This document shows positions 16,894 through 26,884 of a DNA stretch of 36,193 bases, one piece after another. The stretch comes from a virus (taxonomy: Duplodnaviria > Caudoviricetes), in IMG/VR virus record IMGVR_UViG_3300038829_000094, positions 1 to 36,193 of that record. One strand, given 5' to 3'. The notes beneath the pieces are model-generated. The model was given only the letters and a program-made list of their open reading frames with translations, had not been told where the DNA came from and did not search any database. The translations under genes were made by a program, and so were the position numbers. The number at the start of each line of letters is the position of its first letter. Position 1 is the stretch's first letter.

Positions 16894-17091
16894 ATGGCGA
16901 GCATTTCAACGAACTTTAATCCCAAGAAGCCGATAGCCATTCTCATGCGCGGGCGTCCCGACGAGCCCGACTCCTGGCAATCCATCGGCGTCTACTCGCA
17001 CCAGGAATTGCAAGAATTTCGCGCCAAGGGCTGGCAGCCCGACCGTGCGTTTATGGAGCGCGCCGACCGTGCGCGCCGAAAGGATGCCTAA
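16894..17091 (+). CDS. Hypothetical protein
   Basis: GAGGA SD; TAATG coupling to the next gene. Confidence 0.6.
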   Translation: MASISTNFNPKKPIAILMRGRPDEPDSWQSIGVYSHQELQEFRAKGWQPDRAFMERADRARRKDA

Positions 17092-17345
17092 TGAGTAATA
17101 CCTATATCTATCTTGAATACCCCAAGTGCCTCTATCGTGGGTACGACACCTGCACGGTACAGAGCGAAGAAGCGGAAGTCGAGGCGAAGAACGACGGCTG
17201 GTTGACCGCGGGACAGTTCCACGGCACGGAGCCGATGCCGGGGAGTGCGCCTCCCGCGCCTCCGGATGATCCGGTTGTTGAGCCGGTCAGTGAACCCGCA
17301 CCAACAGACGAGCCTGACAAGAAATCGTCCAAGAAAGGCAAGTAA
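17091..17345 (+). CDS. Small post-capsid protein
   Basis: EYPK.LY...V.S.EAE.....DGW motif with Pro/Lys-rich tail, typical after podoviral coat genes. Confidence 0.75.
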   Translation: MSNTYIYLEYPKCLYRGYDTCTVQSEEAEVEAKNDGWLTAGQFHGTEPMPGSAPPAPPDDPVVEPVSEPAPTDEPDKKSSKKGK

Positions 17346-17351
17346 TCCGCG

Positions 17352-18083
17352 ATGACCGTTCGGGATCTCATCATGAAAGCGTTCGTGACAAGCCGCATTC
17401 TCGGCGTCGGCGAACCGCTCGCCACCGATGAAGCCACGGACGCCTTTGACTTGCTCAACGGCATTCTCGAACAGGCGAATCTCGACAAGCTCTTGTCGTA
17501 CTACGAGACGGAGATTGTCTTTCCGCTCACGGCCAACAAATTGAGCTATACCATCGGTCCGGCCTCGGCTGCGCCGGATGTCACGGCCGTGCGCCCGGTG
17601 GAAATCCTCTCGGCGTTCTCGCGCCGCAACGGTATCGACCTCCCGGTGCGCGTCTCGCATCAGAAAGCCGACTACGATCAGATCCGCATGAAGGCCCTGA
17701 CCGTCTCCGGGTGGGAGGACTTCGTCTATTATCAAGCCAGCTTTCCGTCCGGGGTCTGCTATTTCTACATGCAGCCGAACGACGGCCTCACCGGCGTGCA
17801 TCTGACCGTCAAAGCCGATCTCACGAGCTTTGCCAGTCTGGACGATACCGTCTCCATGCCCCCCGGCTATCGCACGTGGCTGCAATACAAACTCGCGCAA
17901 CGACTGTCTCCGGAACATGGCCTGACGTTCCCGGATGCGCTCCAATCAATCCTGGTTGAAACCGAAGCCGCGCTACAACGCAACAACGTGAAGCCGCTCC
18001 CGATCATCAGCAGCGGTCTCGCGGGGATCAGCAGCACCAGCGGCGGGTACAACGTCTACGCCGATACGACGAGGGGGAACTAA
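17352..18083 (+). CDS. Head-tail adaptor (P22 gp4-like)
   Basis: T.RDLI..A.....LGVGE......DA...LN.IL, PPGY...L.Y.LA.RL.PE.G motifs; position. Confidence 0.85.
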   Translation: MTVRDLIMKAFVTSRILGVGEPLATDEATDAFDLLNGILEQANLDKLLSYYETEIVFPLTANKLSYTIGPASAAPDVTAVRPVEILSAFSRRNGIDLPVRVSHQKADYDQIRMKALTVSGWEDFVYYQASFPSGVCYFYMQPNDGLTGVHLTVKADLTSFASLDDTVSMPPGYRTWLQYKLAQRLSPEHGLTFPDALQSILVETEAALQRNNVKPLPIISSGLAGISSTSGGYNVYADTTRGN

Positions 18084-19562
18084 GTGGCCGATGTCTCGCT
18101 CGCGCCCAGTCTCCCGAAGACCCACAAGGCGCTCCCGCTCTTTGGCTTGGGCACCCTGCAACGCTCGCCGTTTCTTTCGACCAGCGACCGGCTGAATTGC
18201 GTCGTTGAACTGACCGACAACGGACGGCAGCAAGCGGCCCTCATCGGCCTCCCTGGACTCATCACCACGTTCAATCTCGGCGCGCCGCCTGCGCGGGCGG
18301 TGTTCGTAAAAGAAGGGACGCAAACCTTCTTCATCGCGGTCGGGAATCAGATCATCCTAGCGGCCCCAAACGTGGCGCTTGTCACCATCGCGAATCTCAC
18401 GACCGACACCGGGCCCGTCTGGATGGACGACAACGGCACACAGCTGTTCATCAATGATGGCGTAACGGCGCTCATCTATACCTATGCGACGGGCGCGGCG
18501 GTCCCGATCACCGATAGTGATTTTCCCGCCGGCGCGCGCGGCGGCTGTTTTCTCTCCGGACGCTTCTGGGTCTACACCCCCTCCACCAGCGGCGCGAATG
18601 CCGGCCGTGTGTATGGCAGCGATCTGTATAACGGACTGGCTTGGGACGGCCTGAACTTCTTCACCCCGGCCGCACGCCCCACGGGGATTGTGGCCGTGGT
18701 CCGCTGGGCGGACGATCTCGTGGTGATCGGGCAACGCTCCGTCGAATGGTGGAGCGGGACGACCACCGCCGTGACAGGGGCGCTCGGCTTTCAGCCCTCG
18801 GCCAATCCCAACACCGAAGTGGGCGGCAGCGCCGAACTCGGCGTGGCCTCGGTCAATCAACGCTTGTTTGTTGTGGGACACGGGGAAGGCCCCATCGGTG
18901 TGTACGAAGTCCGTGGCTATGCGATCGAGAAAGTCAGCAGCCCGGCGATTGACGACACCCTCTCGAGTCTCAACGGTGCCTCCACGGCGGTCTGTTGCGG
19001 CTATATGGCGAGCGGCCATGCCCTGTTTCAAGTGACCATCCCCGGACAAACAACACAGACGGCCTGCACGTTCGTGTTCGATGGCCTCACGAATCTGTGG
19101 TCTCGCCGCAGCAGCTATAACCAACCCTACTATCGCGGGCTGCTCGCCGCGCATTCGGGGACCACGGCCTATCTCACCGATGCGTTTACGGGCCTGCTCT
19201 ATGCGCTGTCCCCCACGACGTACGACGAAGCGGGCCAGCCGATGGAATTTGAAGTCACGAGTACGCACCTCCTCAAAGAAGGCGATACGCTCGCGGTCAA
19301 CAAAGTGCAGATCGATCTGGAAACCGGCGTCGGCCAGGCGGGGACGACCCCTCGCGGGATCGTGCAGATCTCCAAAGACGGCGGTCATACCTGGGGGATG
19401 GAGCGCTTTGTCGATCTGGGGAAAGTGGGCGAGTACACCCGCCGGACGCAGCTCTATCGCATCGGGGCCGCACGAGATTTGGCGGTGAAGTTTCGCATTA
19501 CCGAGGCCGTCCCCCGGCGCGTCACGGGGGCCTATCTGATTTTGGAGGCCGGCACCGCATGA
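18084..19562 (+). CDS. Tail hub / packaged-DNA stabilisation protein (P22 gp10-like)
   Basis: MDDNGTQL, G.FW, SVEWW, GHALF, TFVFD..TNLWS.R, ETGVG, SKDGGHTW, GKVGEY..R motifs. Confidence 0.9.
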   Translation: MADVSLAPSLPKTHKALPLFGLGTLQRSPFLSTSDRLNCVVELTDNGRQQAALIGLPGLITTFNLGAPPARAVFVKEGTQTFFIAVGNQIILAAPNVALVTIANLTTDTGPVWMDDNGTQLFINDGVTALIYTYATGAAVPITDSDFPAGARGGCFLSGRFWVYTPSTSGANAGRVYGSDLYNGLAWDGLNFFTPAARPTGIVAVVRWADDLVVIGQRSVEWWSGTTTAVTGALGFQPSANPNTEVGGSAELGVASVNQRLFVVGHGEGPIGVYEVRGYAIEKVSSPAIDDTLSSLNGASTAVCCGYMASGHALFQVTIPGQTTQTACTFVFDGLTNLWSRRSSYNQPYYRGLLAAHSGTTAYLTDAFTGLLYALSPTTYDEAGQPMEFEVTSTHLLKEGDTLAVNKVQIDLETGVGQAGTTPRGIVQISKDGGHTWGMERFVDLGKVGEYTRRTQLYRIGAARDLAVKFRITEAVPRRVTGAYLILEAGTA

Positions 19563-19807
19563 TCGCGCTCACGCCCATCCCCACGAATCAGCCGATCAGC
19601 ACGCAGGGCGCGACCGACCCGGTGTGGGTGCGCTGGCTCACGCGGCTGTGGACCAACTACAACAATTTGCAAGGCACCGGCACGACGGCGCAGCGGCCCA
19701 ATCCGGCTCCGTTTATCGGATTCATGTATTTCGATACGACTCTCAACAAACCGATTTGGGCGAAGACCCTCACCACCTGGGTCTATGGCGATGGGACGGC
19801 GGCGTAA
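19559..19807 (+). CDS. Small tail-associated protein
   Basis: W.RW helix followed by GTTAQRP...G.MYFDTTLNKPIW fibre-type motif. Confidence 0.75.
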   Translation: MIALTPIPTNQPISTQGATDPVWVRWLTRLWTNYNNLQGTGTTAQRPNPAPFIGFMYFDTTLNKPIWAKTLTTWVYGDGTAA

Positions 19808-20355
19808 TGCGCTACTTCGAAAAGATTGACCACTTCGACGTTTCTGAGGCGATCGCGCAATTGGACGCCCATCCATCGCTCTGGAACCAGCGCCCGCAGC
19901 GCACCGAGCACGACACCTTTGCAGGCACCTCCGATATCTGGGTGCGCTATCGCGACCCGAGAGAACTCCAGAGCCCGGAAGATTTTTGCGTCCCGCACTT
20001 CGCCGTGTTCTACGACGCCTGGCGACTGCTCCCGGCGCTCCACCCCCTCGTCTATCGCCTCATGGCCGACGTGCAGGCGGTGCACCTGGGCGGCATTCTG
20101 ATCACCAAGATCCCGCCGGGTGGGTGGATCAAGCCGCATCATGACCGGGGCGGCTGGCACGCGGAATTCTACGAACGGAAAGTCTATGTGCCGCTTCGCA
20201 CCAATCCTCATGTGATCAACCTGTGTGAAGACGAGCGCGTGGTGATGGGCCTGGGGGAGGCCTGGTACTTCAACAATCTCGTGACGCATGAAGTGAAGAA
20301 CAACGGCGACACCGACCGGATCACCTTGATTGTCTGCATGCGCGTGGAGGCCTGA
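19807..20355 (+). CDS. Aspartyl/asparaginyl beta-hydroxylase-like 2OG-Fe(II) dioxygenase
   Basis: I.PGG.IKPHHD (HxD), FNN..THEV.N (distal His), DRITLI (2OG-binding Arg); TAATG coupling. Confidence 0.88.
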   Translation: MRYFEKIDHFDVSEAIAQLDAHPSLWNQRPQRTEHDTFAGTSDIWVRYRDPRELQSPEDFCVPHFAVFYDAWRLLPALHPLVYRLMADVQAVHLGGILITKIPPGGWIKPHHDRGGWHAEFYERKVYVPLRTNPHVINLCEDERVVMGLGEAWYFNNLVTHEVKNNGDTDRITLIVCMRVEA

Positions 20356-20358
20356 CCG

Positions 20359-20694
20359 ATGTACCCGATGCCGACTGAAACGACACCCTTAGAGACCGTG
20401 CCCGTGGAAACGATTGCCGAGCGGGACGGCTGGTACTACCGCACGATTTGCCTGGCGCAGCCCGGCACTGTGGTCCCGCAGCATGTGCATGACCATGACC
20501 ACGAGACCCGCGTGGAGTCTGGAGCCGCACGAGGCTGGCAAGACGGCGAGTGGATCGGCGACAAAGCGGCGGGGCAGTCGTTCCACATCCCGGCGCATCG
20601 CACGCATCTCTTTCAAGCGATTGCACCCGATACCCGATTGACCTGTGTACACAACATTGAGAGCGCCCTGAGCCTCAAACGAAAGGGGTTCTAA
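20359..20694 (+). CDS. Cupin-domain protein
   Basis: PG..VPQHVHDHDHET.V.SG and IPA...H.F.A cupin motifs. Confidence 0.85.
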   Translation: MYPMPTETTPLETVPVETIAERDGWYYRTICLAQPGTVVPQHVHDHDHETRVESGAARGWQDGEWIGDKAAGQSFHIPAHRTHLFQAIAPDTRLTCVHNIESALSLKRKGF

Positions 20695-20696
20695 CC

Positions 20697-21341
20697 ATGC
20701 CCTGGGGAGTGGCCGCAGCCGGCATAGCCGCTGGAGGATCGATTGGCGGGGCCATGCTCGGCTCACAAGCCAATAAAAAACAGATCGGGCAGATGCAACA
20801 GGCGATCGATGAGCAACGTCGCCAATACGATCAAACCGTGCAGCGGATGCAGCCCTACACGCAGCTGGGGGCCGAGCAGGTCAATTCCCTGCGCGACATG
20901 CTCAGTACAAATAATCCCACTGCGTTCATGGACCCCGGCTACCAGTTCCGCATGGACATGGGAAACCGGGCCATTACGGGCAATGCCGCCAGCAATGGCA
21001 TGATTCAGAGCGGGGACACCCTCCGCGCCCTGCAAAGTTTCGGACAGGAACAAGGGAGCCAGGAATTCGGCAACGCCTTCAACCGGCGCTTGGGCCTCGC
21101 GCAGATGGGTCAAAATTCAGCGGCCAACCTGGGCTTCATGGGCAATCAGTCGGCGCAAAACATTGGCAACCTCTCGACTAATATGAACGCGGGAGGGGCG
21201 CTCACCCCGTGGGCGCATATGGCGAGCGGACTGGGTGGAATTGGCGTGAACATGTTGGCCAAACGCATGAGCGGCGGCGCGAATCCTGCCGCAGGCGTCT
21301 CCGGGTCCAATACGTTTGATCCGGTGTTTAACGGGCAATAA
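20697..21341 (+). CDS. Ejection / DNA transfer protein (P22 gp7-like)
   Basis: Gly/Ala-rich amphipathic N-terminus; PY...G, DPGYQFR...G, SG.TLRAL..FGQ...SQEF.NAFNR motifs. Confidence 0.85.
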   Translation: MPWGVAAAGIAAGGSIGGAMLGSQANKKQIGQMQQAIDEQRRQYDQTVQRMQPYTQLGAEQVNSLRDMLSTNNPTAFMDPGYQFRMDMGNRAITGNAASNGMIQSGDTLRALQSFGQEQGSQEFGNAFNRRLGLAQMGQNSAANLGFMGNQSAQNIGNLSTNMNAGGALTPWAHMASGLGGIGVNMLAKRMSGGANPAAGVSGSNTFDPVFNGQ

Positions 21342-21356
21342 GTCGGAGAGCAGACG

Positions 21357-23264
21357 ATGAACGATTTTAACCCGATGCAGGGCATTCTCCAAGGCATGGA
21401 GCTGGGCCAGCGGTTCGACCAAACCGCCGACCTGGAACGCCAGCGGCGCGATCTGCTCGCCGAACGCGAAGCGATGGCGCTCCTCGGCCAACAATCGAAC
21501 TTCACCGGCTACGAAAACGTGCCGGGGGCCACGCGCCCCAACTGGTTGCGTCAGATGTTTGCGAACGGGAGCCCGGAGTCGGCCTTGAAGTTTGAAGCCC
21601 TCGCCGCCTCGCCGTTTGCGGTGGAGCGCGATATCCGCAAATCCGGCGAGATCGAACGGGCGAAGAAGCTGGCCGATCAAGCGGTGTACAACACCCTGCT
21701 CACCAGGTTTTTCCCGGAACAAGCGGGAGGCGTCCCCGGCGCAGCGCCACAAGCGGGCCCGATGCCCGAGGGCAACGTCAACGCGATGAATGCGGCCCTG
21801 ATGCCGCAGCCCACGATGGCGGGCCTCTCCGATCAGGAGCGCAGCTTTGAACTCGGCCCGCAAGGTCCGAAGTTTTCGATCAAGAATCCGTCCCCGTTCG
21901 AACGGGCGTCGAAGACGGAAGATCTCCGCATTAAGGGCGGCGGGCTGACGGTGCAGCAAGGCAATCTGACCCGCGAGCAAAACAAGGACCGTGAGCAACA
22001 AATTCAGCAAGCCCATGACAACGTCCGGCTCGTCAACGACAAGATCTTAGAAGTCCGCCGGAACATGGAAACCGGCGATCTCGACATGGCGACGGGGAAG
22101 CAGGCGATTGCTGAACTGCAAGCCCAGAAACAACAGTTCGCCGCACAGCGGGACGCCTTGGTACGTGGACAGGCGCAGCCCTCCGCGATCGACACCGTCC
22201 CATCCATAGACGCGCCGCCCTCAATGCCGAGTGCTTCGGCTCCGATCACCCTCGCGCCGAAACAACGGCGGGAATTGCAGCAACGGGAGTTGGATCCCGG
22301 CGTGAAGCTGGAATCACGCAAGCAGGCCGAAGACCGTGTGGCGCGGATCAATGATCAGATTGTGGCCGTGGAGGCGAAGGCGCACGAAGGCAACCTTCCC
22401 ACCGGACAGGCCAACAGGGAACTGGCGAAACTGCACCAAGAGTTACAGACCGCGACGGCCCACCGAGACGCGCTGGTGTCCGGCACGGCTCCGGCCACGA
22501 CGCCTGCACCAGCCGCCGCTCCCTCGCTGATGCCCTCGCCACGCTCGACGAAACCGGTTGCGGAAGCAGCCCCCGCGTCACCGCCGCAGAGCGCCTTGCC
22601 CGGCAAGATGCAGCAGCAGGCCGATCAAAAACAGCTGGAAGAGAAACGGACGCTCGCCAATAAAGAGATTGAATCGTCGCGCGAGCAAGCCAAAAAGATT
22701 TTGTCCTATCAGCCCCATGTCAACGAACTCTTCGACCTCGTGACGAAGCACGAGATCGGGCATCCCGTCGCAGGCAACATGCCCTACGGCCAAGAACTCT
22801 TGTCGCTCTCCCCGCAGAATGCACGGGTGCGGAAGCTCAACGAGGCCCTCACGAATATGTTCATTGTGCCCGGCCAATCCGGCGCGAACAATACCATGGC
22901 CGAACGGCTCATGACCGGGGCGCAAGTGCCCGGCCTCGCCACCGACCCGCAACAAAACAAGCAGCTCGCGGCCGCGTTCAAATCGATGGCACAACACAAT
23001 CTGCAATTGCCGACGTTCCTCGAACAGTGGCAGCAGACCCACGGGGGCACGCTCGACGGCGCCAATGAAGCGTGGAACGACTATGTGCACCAGAACCCCT
23101 ACTACATCACGGCCAAAGATAAACGGGGCAAGGTCACCGTGCAGGAAAATAATCATGTGATCCCGCTCAAGCAATGGATGGCTGGCGAGCGGCCTGACGG
23201 GGCTCCCTCGACCCCGAAACAGACGACCATCAACGGAAAAACCTGGAAAAGGATACCGGACTAA
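21357..23264 (+). CDS. Ejection / internal virion protein (gp20-like position)
   Basis: Gln/Ala-rich helical protein between the gp7-like and gp16-like genes. Confidence 0.7.
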   Translation: MNDFNPMQGILQGMELGQRFDQTADLERQRRDLLAEREAMALLGQQSNFTGYENVPGATRPNWLRQMFANGSPESALKFEALAASPFAVERDIRKSGEIERAKKLADQAVYNTLLTRFFPEQAGGVPGAAPQAGPMPEGNVNAMNAALMPQPTMAGLSDQERSFELGPQGPKFSIKNPSPFERASKTEDLRIKGGGLTVQQGNLTREQNKDREQQIQQAHDNVRLVNDKILEVRRNMETGDLDMATGKQAIAELQAQKQQFAAQRDALVRGQAQPSAIDTVPSIDAPPSMPSASAPITLAPKQRRELQQRELDPGVKLESRKQAEDRVARINDQIVAVEAKAHEGNLPTGQANRELAKLHQELQTATAHRDALVSGTAPATTPAPAAAPSLMPSPRSTKPVAEAAPASPPQSALPGKMQQQADQKQLEEKRTLANKEIESSREQAKKILSYQPHVNELFDLVTKHEIGHPVAGNMPYGQELLSLSPQNARVRKLNEALTNMFIVPGQSGANNTMAERLMTGAQVPGLATDPQQNKQLAAAFKSMAQHNLQLPTFLEQWQQTHGGTLDGANEAWNDYVHQNPYYITAKDKRGKVTVQENNHVIPLKQWMAGERPDGAPSTPKQTTINGKTWKRIPD

Positions 23265-24913
23265 TGGCGTGGGAAGAACAGGGCAACGGACGGCGCATGA
23301 CCGATGTGGAGTTTGCGGAGTATCAGCGGGCGCAGTCGGCCGAGACCTACCAAACTCCGGGCAATGTCTTGCCTCCGAAGCGGGAGGCGTCCGTGCTTGA
23401 AGGCCTGACCACCTCGCTCAAAAAGCCCTATCTCGGCCTCAAGCAGCTCGGCACATATGTGACCGGCAACGATGACGCCCGCGAATTGGTCAATCAAGAG
23501 ATTCAGCAATTAGAGCAGGAACGGGAGGGCATTGTCGAAAGCCCGGCTGGACGGTTCGGCGACTTCCTCGGCAATGCCGCCACGTTCGCGGTTCCAGGCT
23601 CGACAGCCGGGAAAGCGGGAAAGGCTATTCCGGAAATCACCAACGCGATTCGCAAGGCGGTGGGTGAGGTGGGATCCGTGCGACGCGGGGCCGCAACGGC
23701 TGCCGCCTTTGAAGCCGCGCAACCGGTTACACCGGGCACCACGGACACCGAAGACTATCTGCTCCAAAAAGCCGGGCGGGTGGGCATTGGGGCCACCATC
23801 GGCGCGCCGTCGGCGAAAGTCGCGGGCGTGCTCACCAAGCCCTACTTACAGGTCGATCCAGAACGGGCCGCGCTGGTGAAAGAAGCGGAACGGCTCGGCA
23901 TGACCTTGACTCCTGCGCAGCGCACAGGCGACCGTACCTTGCAACAATACGAAGAAGGCCTGGCCTCGAAGCCGGGATCCGGCAAACTGATTGCTGAAGC
24001 GCGAGGCGGCCAACAGAAGGTCTTGAACGCGCAGGCTACGAAAGCCCTGGGAGTGCCCTACGACGCGCCGAACGAAGCCGCGCTGGCGATGGCCCGTGAA
24101 CAGGCGGCCAAAGGCTACGCGCCGCTGGCCTCCATCCCGAAGATGTCCCCGGATGTGGCCTACTGGGATTCTCTCGATAAATTCATTACCAAGCAAGCGA
24201 CGAAGGCCACCGGCTCCACCGATGCCGCTGCGATTGCGATGCGGTTGAAAAAAGGCTCCGGCAAAGCGACTGGCGAAACCTTCCTGGAAGAACTCCAAGG
24301 AGTGCGGGATCTCGGCTTCGGCGCTCGGCAAAAAGGCGATGTGGCCACAGCCAAGCAGCTCATGGACTTGAGCAAGGTGATGGAGGATTTCGCCGAGCGG
24401 CGCGTGGAAACCCTGGCCAATCAGAAAGGCAGCACGATCCCGAAAGACGCCCTCGCGCAAATGCAACAGGCCCGCACCGACTACGCCAAGCTGCATGCGA
24501 TTGAGAAAGCCACCGACCCCGTGACGGGCAACGTCAGCGCGTTGAAATATCTCAATCAAGAATTTAAGCGCAAACCGGCGAGCCGAGGGCCGGGCTCCTC
24601 GCCGGTCGATGAGGGGTTGCGCGATGTTGGCGCGTCGGCCCGCGTGCTGAAGCAGACGCTCCCCTATATCGGCTCCTCCGGCACGGCGGAACGGCAAGCC
24701 GGGCAACACATGGTCGAGATGACGACCGGCCCGTGGAACGCGATCAAGGGCGGCGTGCCGCTCGCCAAAAACTACCTCGCCGCCAAGTACTATCTGAAAT
24801 ATGGCGGGGAGCCGGGCTTCCTCGGCAAGCACTTGTCGCCCGAGCAAAACATGCTGGTTCGGCGGATGCTCCCGCAAGACATCCTCGCCGCAGGGGAGGC
24901 GATGAACGACTAA
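23264..24913 (+). CDS. Ejection / internal virion protein (gp16-like position)
   Basis: Gly/Ala amphipathic segments, LTPAQRTG, SSGTAER motifs; TAATG coupling. Confidence 0.72.
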   Translation: MAWEEQGNGRRMTDVEFAEYQRAQSAETYQTPGNVLPPKREASVLEGLTTSLKKPYLGLKQLGTYVTGNDDARELVNQEIQQLEQEREGIVESPAGRFGDFLGNAATFAVPGSTAGKAGKAIPEITNAIRKAVGEVGSVRRGAATAAAFEAAQPVTPGTTDTEDYLLQKAGRVGIGATIGAPSAKVAGVLTKPYLQVDPERAALVKEAERLGMTLTPAQRTGDRTLQQYEEGLASKPGSGKLIAEARGGQQKVLNAQATKALGVPYDAPNEAALAMAREQAAKGYAPLASIPKMSPDVAYWDSLDKFITKQATKATGSTDAAAIAMRLKKGSGKATGETFLEELQGVRDLGFGARQKGDVATAKQLMDLSKVMEDFAERRVETLANQKGSTIPKDALAQMQQARTDYAKLHAIEKATDPVTGNVSALKYLNQEFKRKPASRGPGSSPVDEGLRDVGASARVLKQTLPYIGSSGTAERQAGQHMVEMTTGPWNAIKGGVPLAKNYLAAKYYLKYGGEPGFLGKHLSPEQNMLVRRMLPQDILAAGEAMND

Positions 24914-25782
24914 TGCCACTGCAAATTTCACCCTTTGGGAATACGCAATTCTTCGACGTGAACGGGAATCCCGCCAACGGGTATCAGCTGTTCACGTATG
25001 GGGCGCGGACTTCCACCAAACAGACGACGTACTCCGATCTCAACGGCGTGGGGATGCAGACGAACCCGATCATTCTCAACACCAACGGGCTCCCGACTTC
25101 CCCGATCTATATCGACTCGGCCTTGTCCTACAAGTTCGTCCTCGCGCTCCCGACGGACACCGACCCGCCGACTGCGCCGCTCTATACGGTCGATCAAGTG
25201 ACCCTCGGGCTGCAACTCCCCACGACGGTGACGGCGGAATGGGTGACCGGGGCGACCCCCAGCTATGTGAGCGCCACGCAATTCAGCGTCACCGGCACGC
25301 ACCTGGATATTTATCATATTGGCCGGCGCGTCAAGCTGATCATCAACAGCGGCACCCTCTACGGGACGATCTCCAACAGTGTGTTCGGCGGCGGGGTGAC
25401 GACGGTGACGGTGGCCCTCGATACCGGCACCCTCAATAACACGCTCTCTGCGCACTACTACGGATTTTTGAGCGCCTCGGGCAGCTCGTGGCCGGGCGGC
25501 TATAACACCGGCCTGACGACCACCCTCAACGGCAATCTCGTGGTGCCGATCACGGCCGCCTTCAATCTCCTCCAAGCGGGCAGCATTCTCCCGTTTGCGG
25601 GGACGACGACGCCCCCCGCAGGCTATCTGAAATGCGACGGGGCCTCCTACGATCGCACGGCGCAAGCCCCGCTGTTCGGGGCGATCGGCACGACCTTCGG
25701 CGCGGTGGACGGTTCCCATTTTAACGTGCCCACGATCGCCAATCTGGCGGCCAATGTGGGCTACATCATTCGGAGCGCATGA
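24913..25782 (+). CDS. Tail fibre protein 1 (virion-attachment domain + tail-collar domain)
   Basis: QFFD.NG.P..G..LFTY...T...TTY...NPIILN..G N-terminal domain; GSILPFAG..PP.GYLKCDG...LF.AIGTTFG..DG..FNVP collar. Confidence 0.85.
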   Translation: MPLQISPFGNTQFFDVNGNPANGYQLFTYGARTSTKQTTYSDLNGVGMQTNPIILNTNGLPTSPIYIDSALSYKFVLALPTDTDPPTAPLYTVDQVTLGLQLPTTVTAEWVTGATPSYVSATQFSVTGTHLDIYHIGRRVKLIINSGTLYGTISNSVFGGGVTTVTVALDTGTLNNTLSAHYYGFLSASGSSWPGGYNTGLTTTLNGNLVVPITAAFNLLQAGSILPFAGTTTPPAGYLKCDGASYDRTAQAPLFGAIGTTFGAVDGSHFNVPTIANLAANVGYIIRSA

Positions 25783-26876
25783 GTACCATCACGATTGATA
25801 CAGAGGGGCTCCTGTCCGTCACGACCGGCGCGAACGAGAGCCACATTGTCCAAGCGCCCTTAGGGGGCAAATGGACCGTGGCTGCCGATGGCACCACCCT
25901 GGCCATGACGGTCACAGACGGCGCGTCCGGCACGCCCGAAACCTATGTCCTCACCGACAGCAATAACACGGCCTGGCAGCTGACTGTTGATGACAACGGA
26001 CTCCTCACGCTCACGGCCTATGATCTCCTCGTGGCCCTGGCTCCCGTGGTGAATGCCCCGGTGCTGATCAATGAGGTGCCGGCCTCAACGTATCTGCTCT
26101 ACACCTATCAAGCGGGGACAACGACCCCGGCGACCACGTACAAAAACGGCGCGACGATCCAATCACAGCCCAACCCAATCACGCTGAACGCCTACGGCCT
26201 CCCGACCGATCCGGTGTTTATCACCATCGGGCAATACTACAAGTTCGTGTTGCTCGCGCCGGGCGGCGGGAGCCCGGTCTACACCTTCGACAACATCAGT
26301 AGCGGCGTGCCGGTGAACATCACCACCCCCACCGAATGGGTCTCGCCGTCGGTCTCCTGTACCTATCTCAGTCCCACCAGTTTCACGCTGCCGGGCGATG
26401 CGCGAGCGACGTTCCGCGCCGGGCGGCGCGTGCAGACCAATGGCTCCTCCACACTGGTGGGCACCATGACCGCCTCGACGTATGACGGCACACTCACCAC
26501 CGTGACGGTCTCGCTGGATAGCGGGGCGCTCGATAACAGTCTGACGACCACGACATATGCGCTCTTGAATCCTGGTTCCGGGCCGATCCCTGATCGGCGA
26601 TCCGTGGGCAGCAGTACCGTCTTCGGCGGGAATCTCACCGTCCCGACCGCGCAAGGGCTCAATCTTCTCCCCGCTGGGGCGCTCGATCTCCATGTCTCGC
26701 CGCCGTCGTCAGGTTGGCTGGCGTGTGATGGGGCCAGCTATCTCCGAGCCAGCTATCCCAATCTGTTTGCCGCGATCGGCACCACGTTCGGGGCCGCCGA
26801 TGGCACGCATTTCAACGTGCCGACCATCGCCTCCGGCGTGGCCTCGTTGATCTACTGCATCTACGCACAAGTCTAA
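25779..26876 (+). CDS. Tail fibre protein 2, paralogue of fibre 1 with extra N-terminal module
   Basis: Same three domains (NPITLN..GLP; EWV...GRRV; GWLACDG...PNLFAAIGTTFG..DG.HFNVP). Confidence 0.85.
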   Translation: MSTITIDTEGLLSVTTGANESHIVQAPLGGKWTVAADGTTLAMTVTDGASGTPETYVLTDSNNTAWQLTVDDNGLLTLTAYDLLVALAPVVNAPVLINEVPASTYLLYTYQAGTTTPATTYKNGATIQSQPNPITLNAYGLPTDPVFITIGQYYKFVLLAPGGGSPVYTFDNISSGVPVNITTPTEWVSPSVSCTYLSPTSFTLPGDARATFRAGRRVQTNGSSTLVGTMTASTYDGTLTTVTVSLDSGALDNSLTTTTYALLNPGSGPIPDRRSVGSSTVFGGNLTVPTAQGLNLLPAGALDLHVSPPSSGWLACDGASYLRASYPNLFAAIGTTFGAADGTHFNVPTIASGVASLIYCIYAQV

Positions 26877-26884
26877 GGAGCACC

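Noticed and set aside
16736-16936. Frameshift or readthrough extension of the capsid into the overlapping ORF
   Set aside because: No slippery heptamer at the coat 3' end, the stop is TAA, and the ORF translation is low-information
9110-26693. Many long minus-strand ORFs (e.g. 9110-10150, 17088-17945, 18357-19388, 23846-24931)
   Set aside because: They are antisense shadows of GC-rich structural genes, with no recognisable motifs or SD sites
24913-26876. Duplicated tail-fibre segments as the TR/VR of a diversity-generating retroelement
   Set aside because: No reverse transcriptase in the genome; the copies are diverged protein paralogues rather than near-identical DNA differing at adenines
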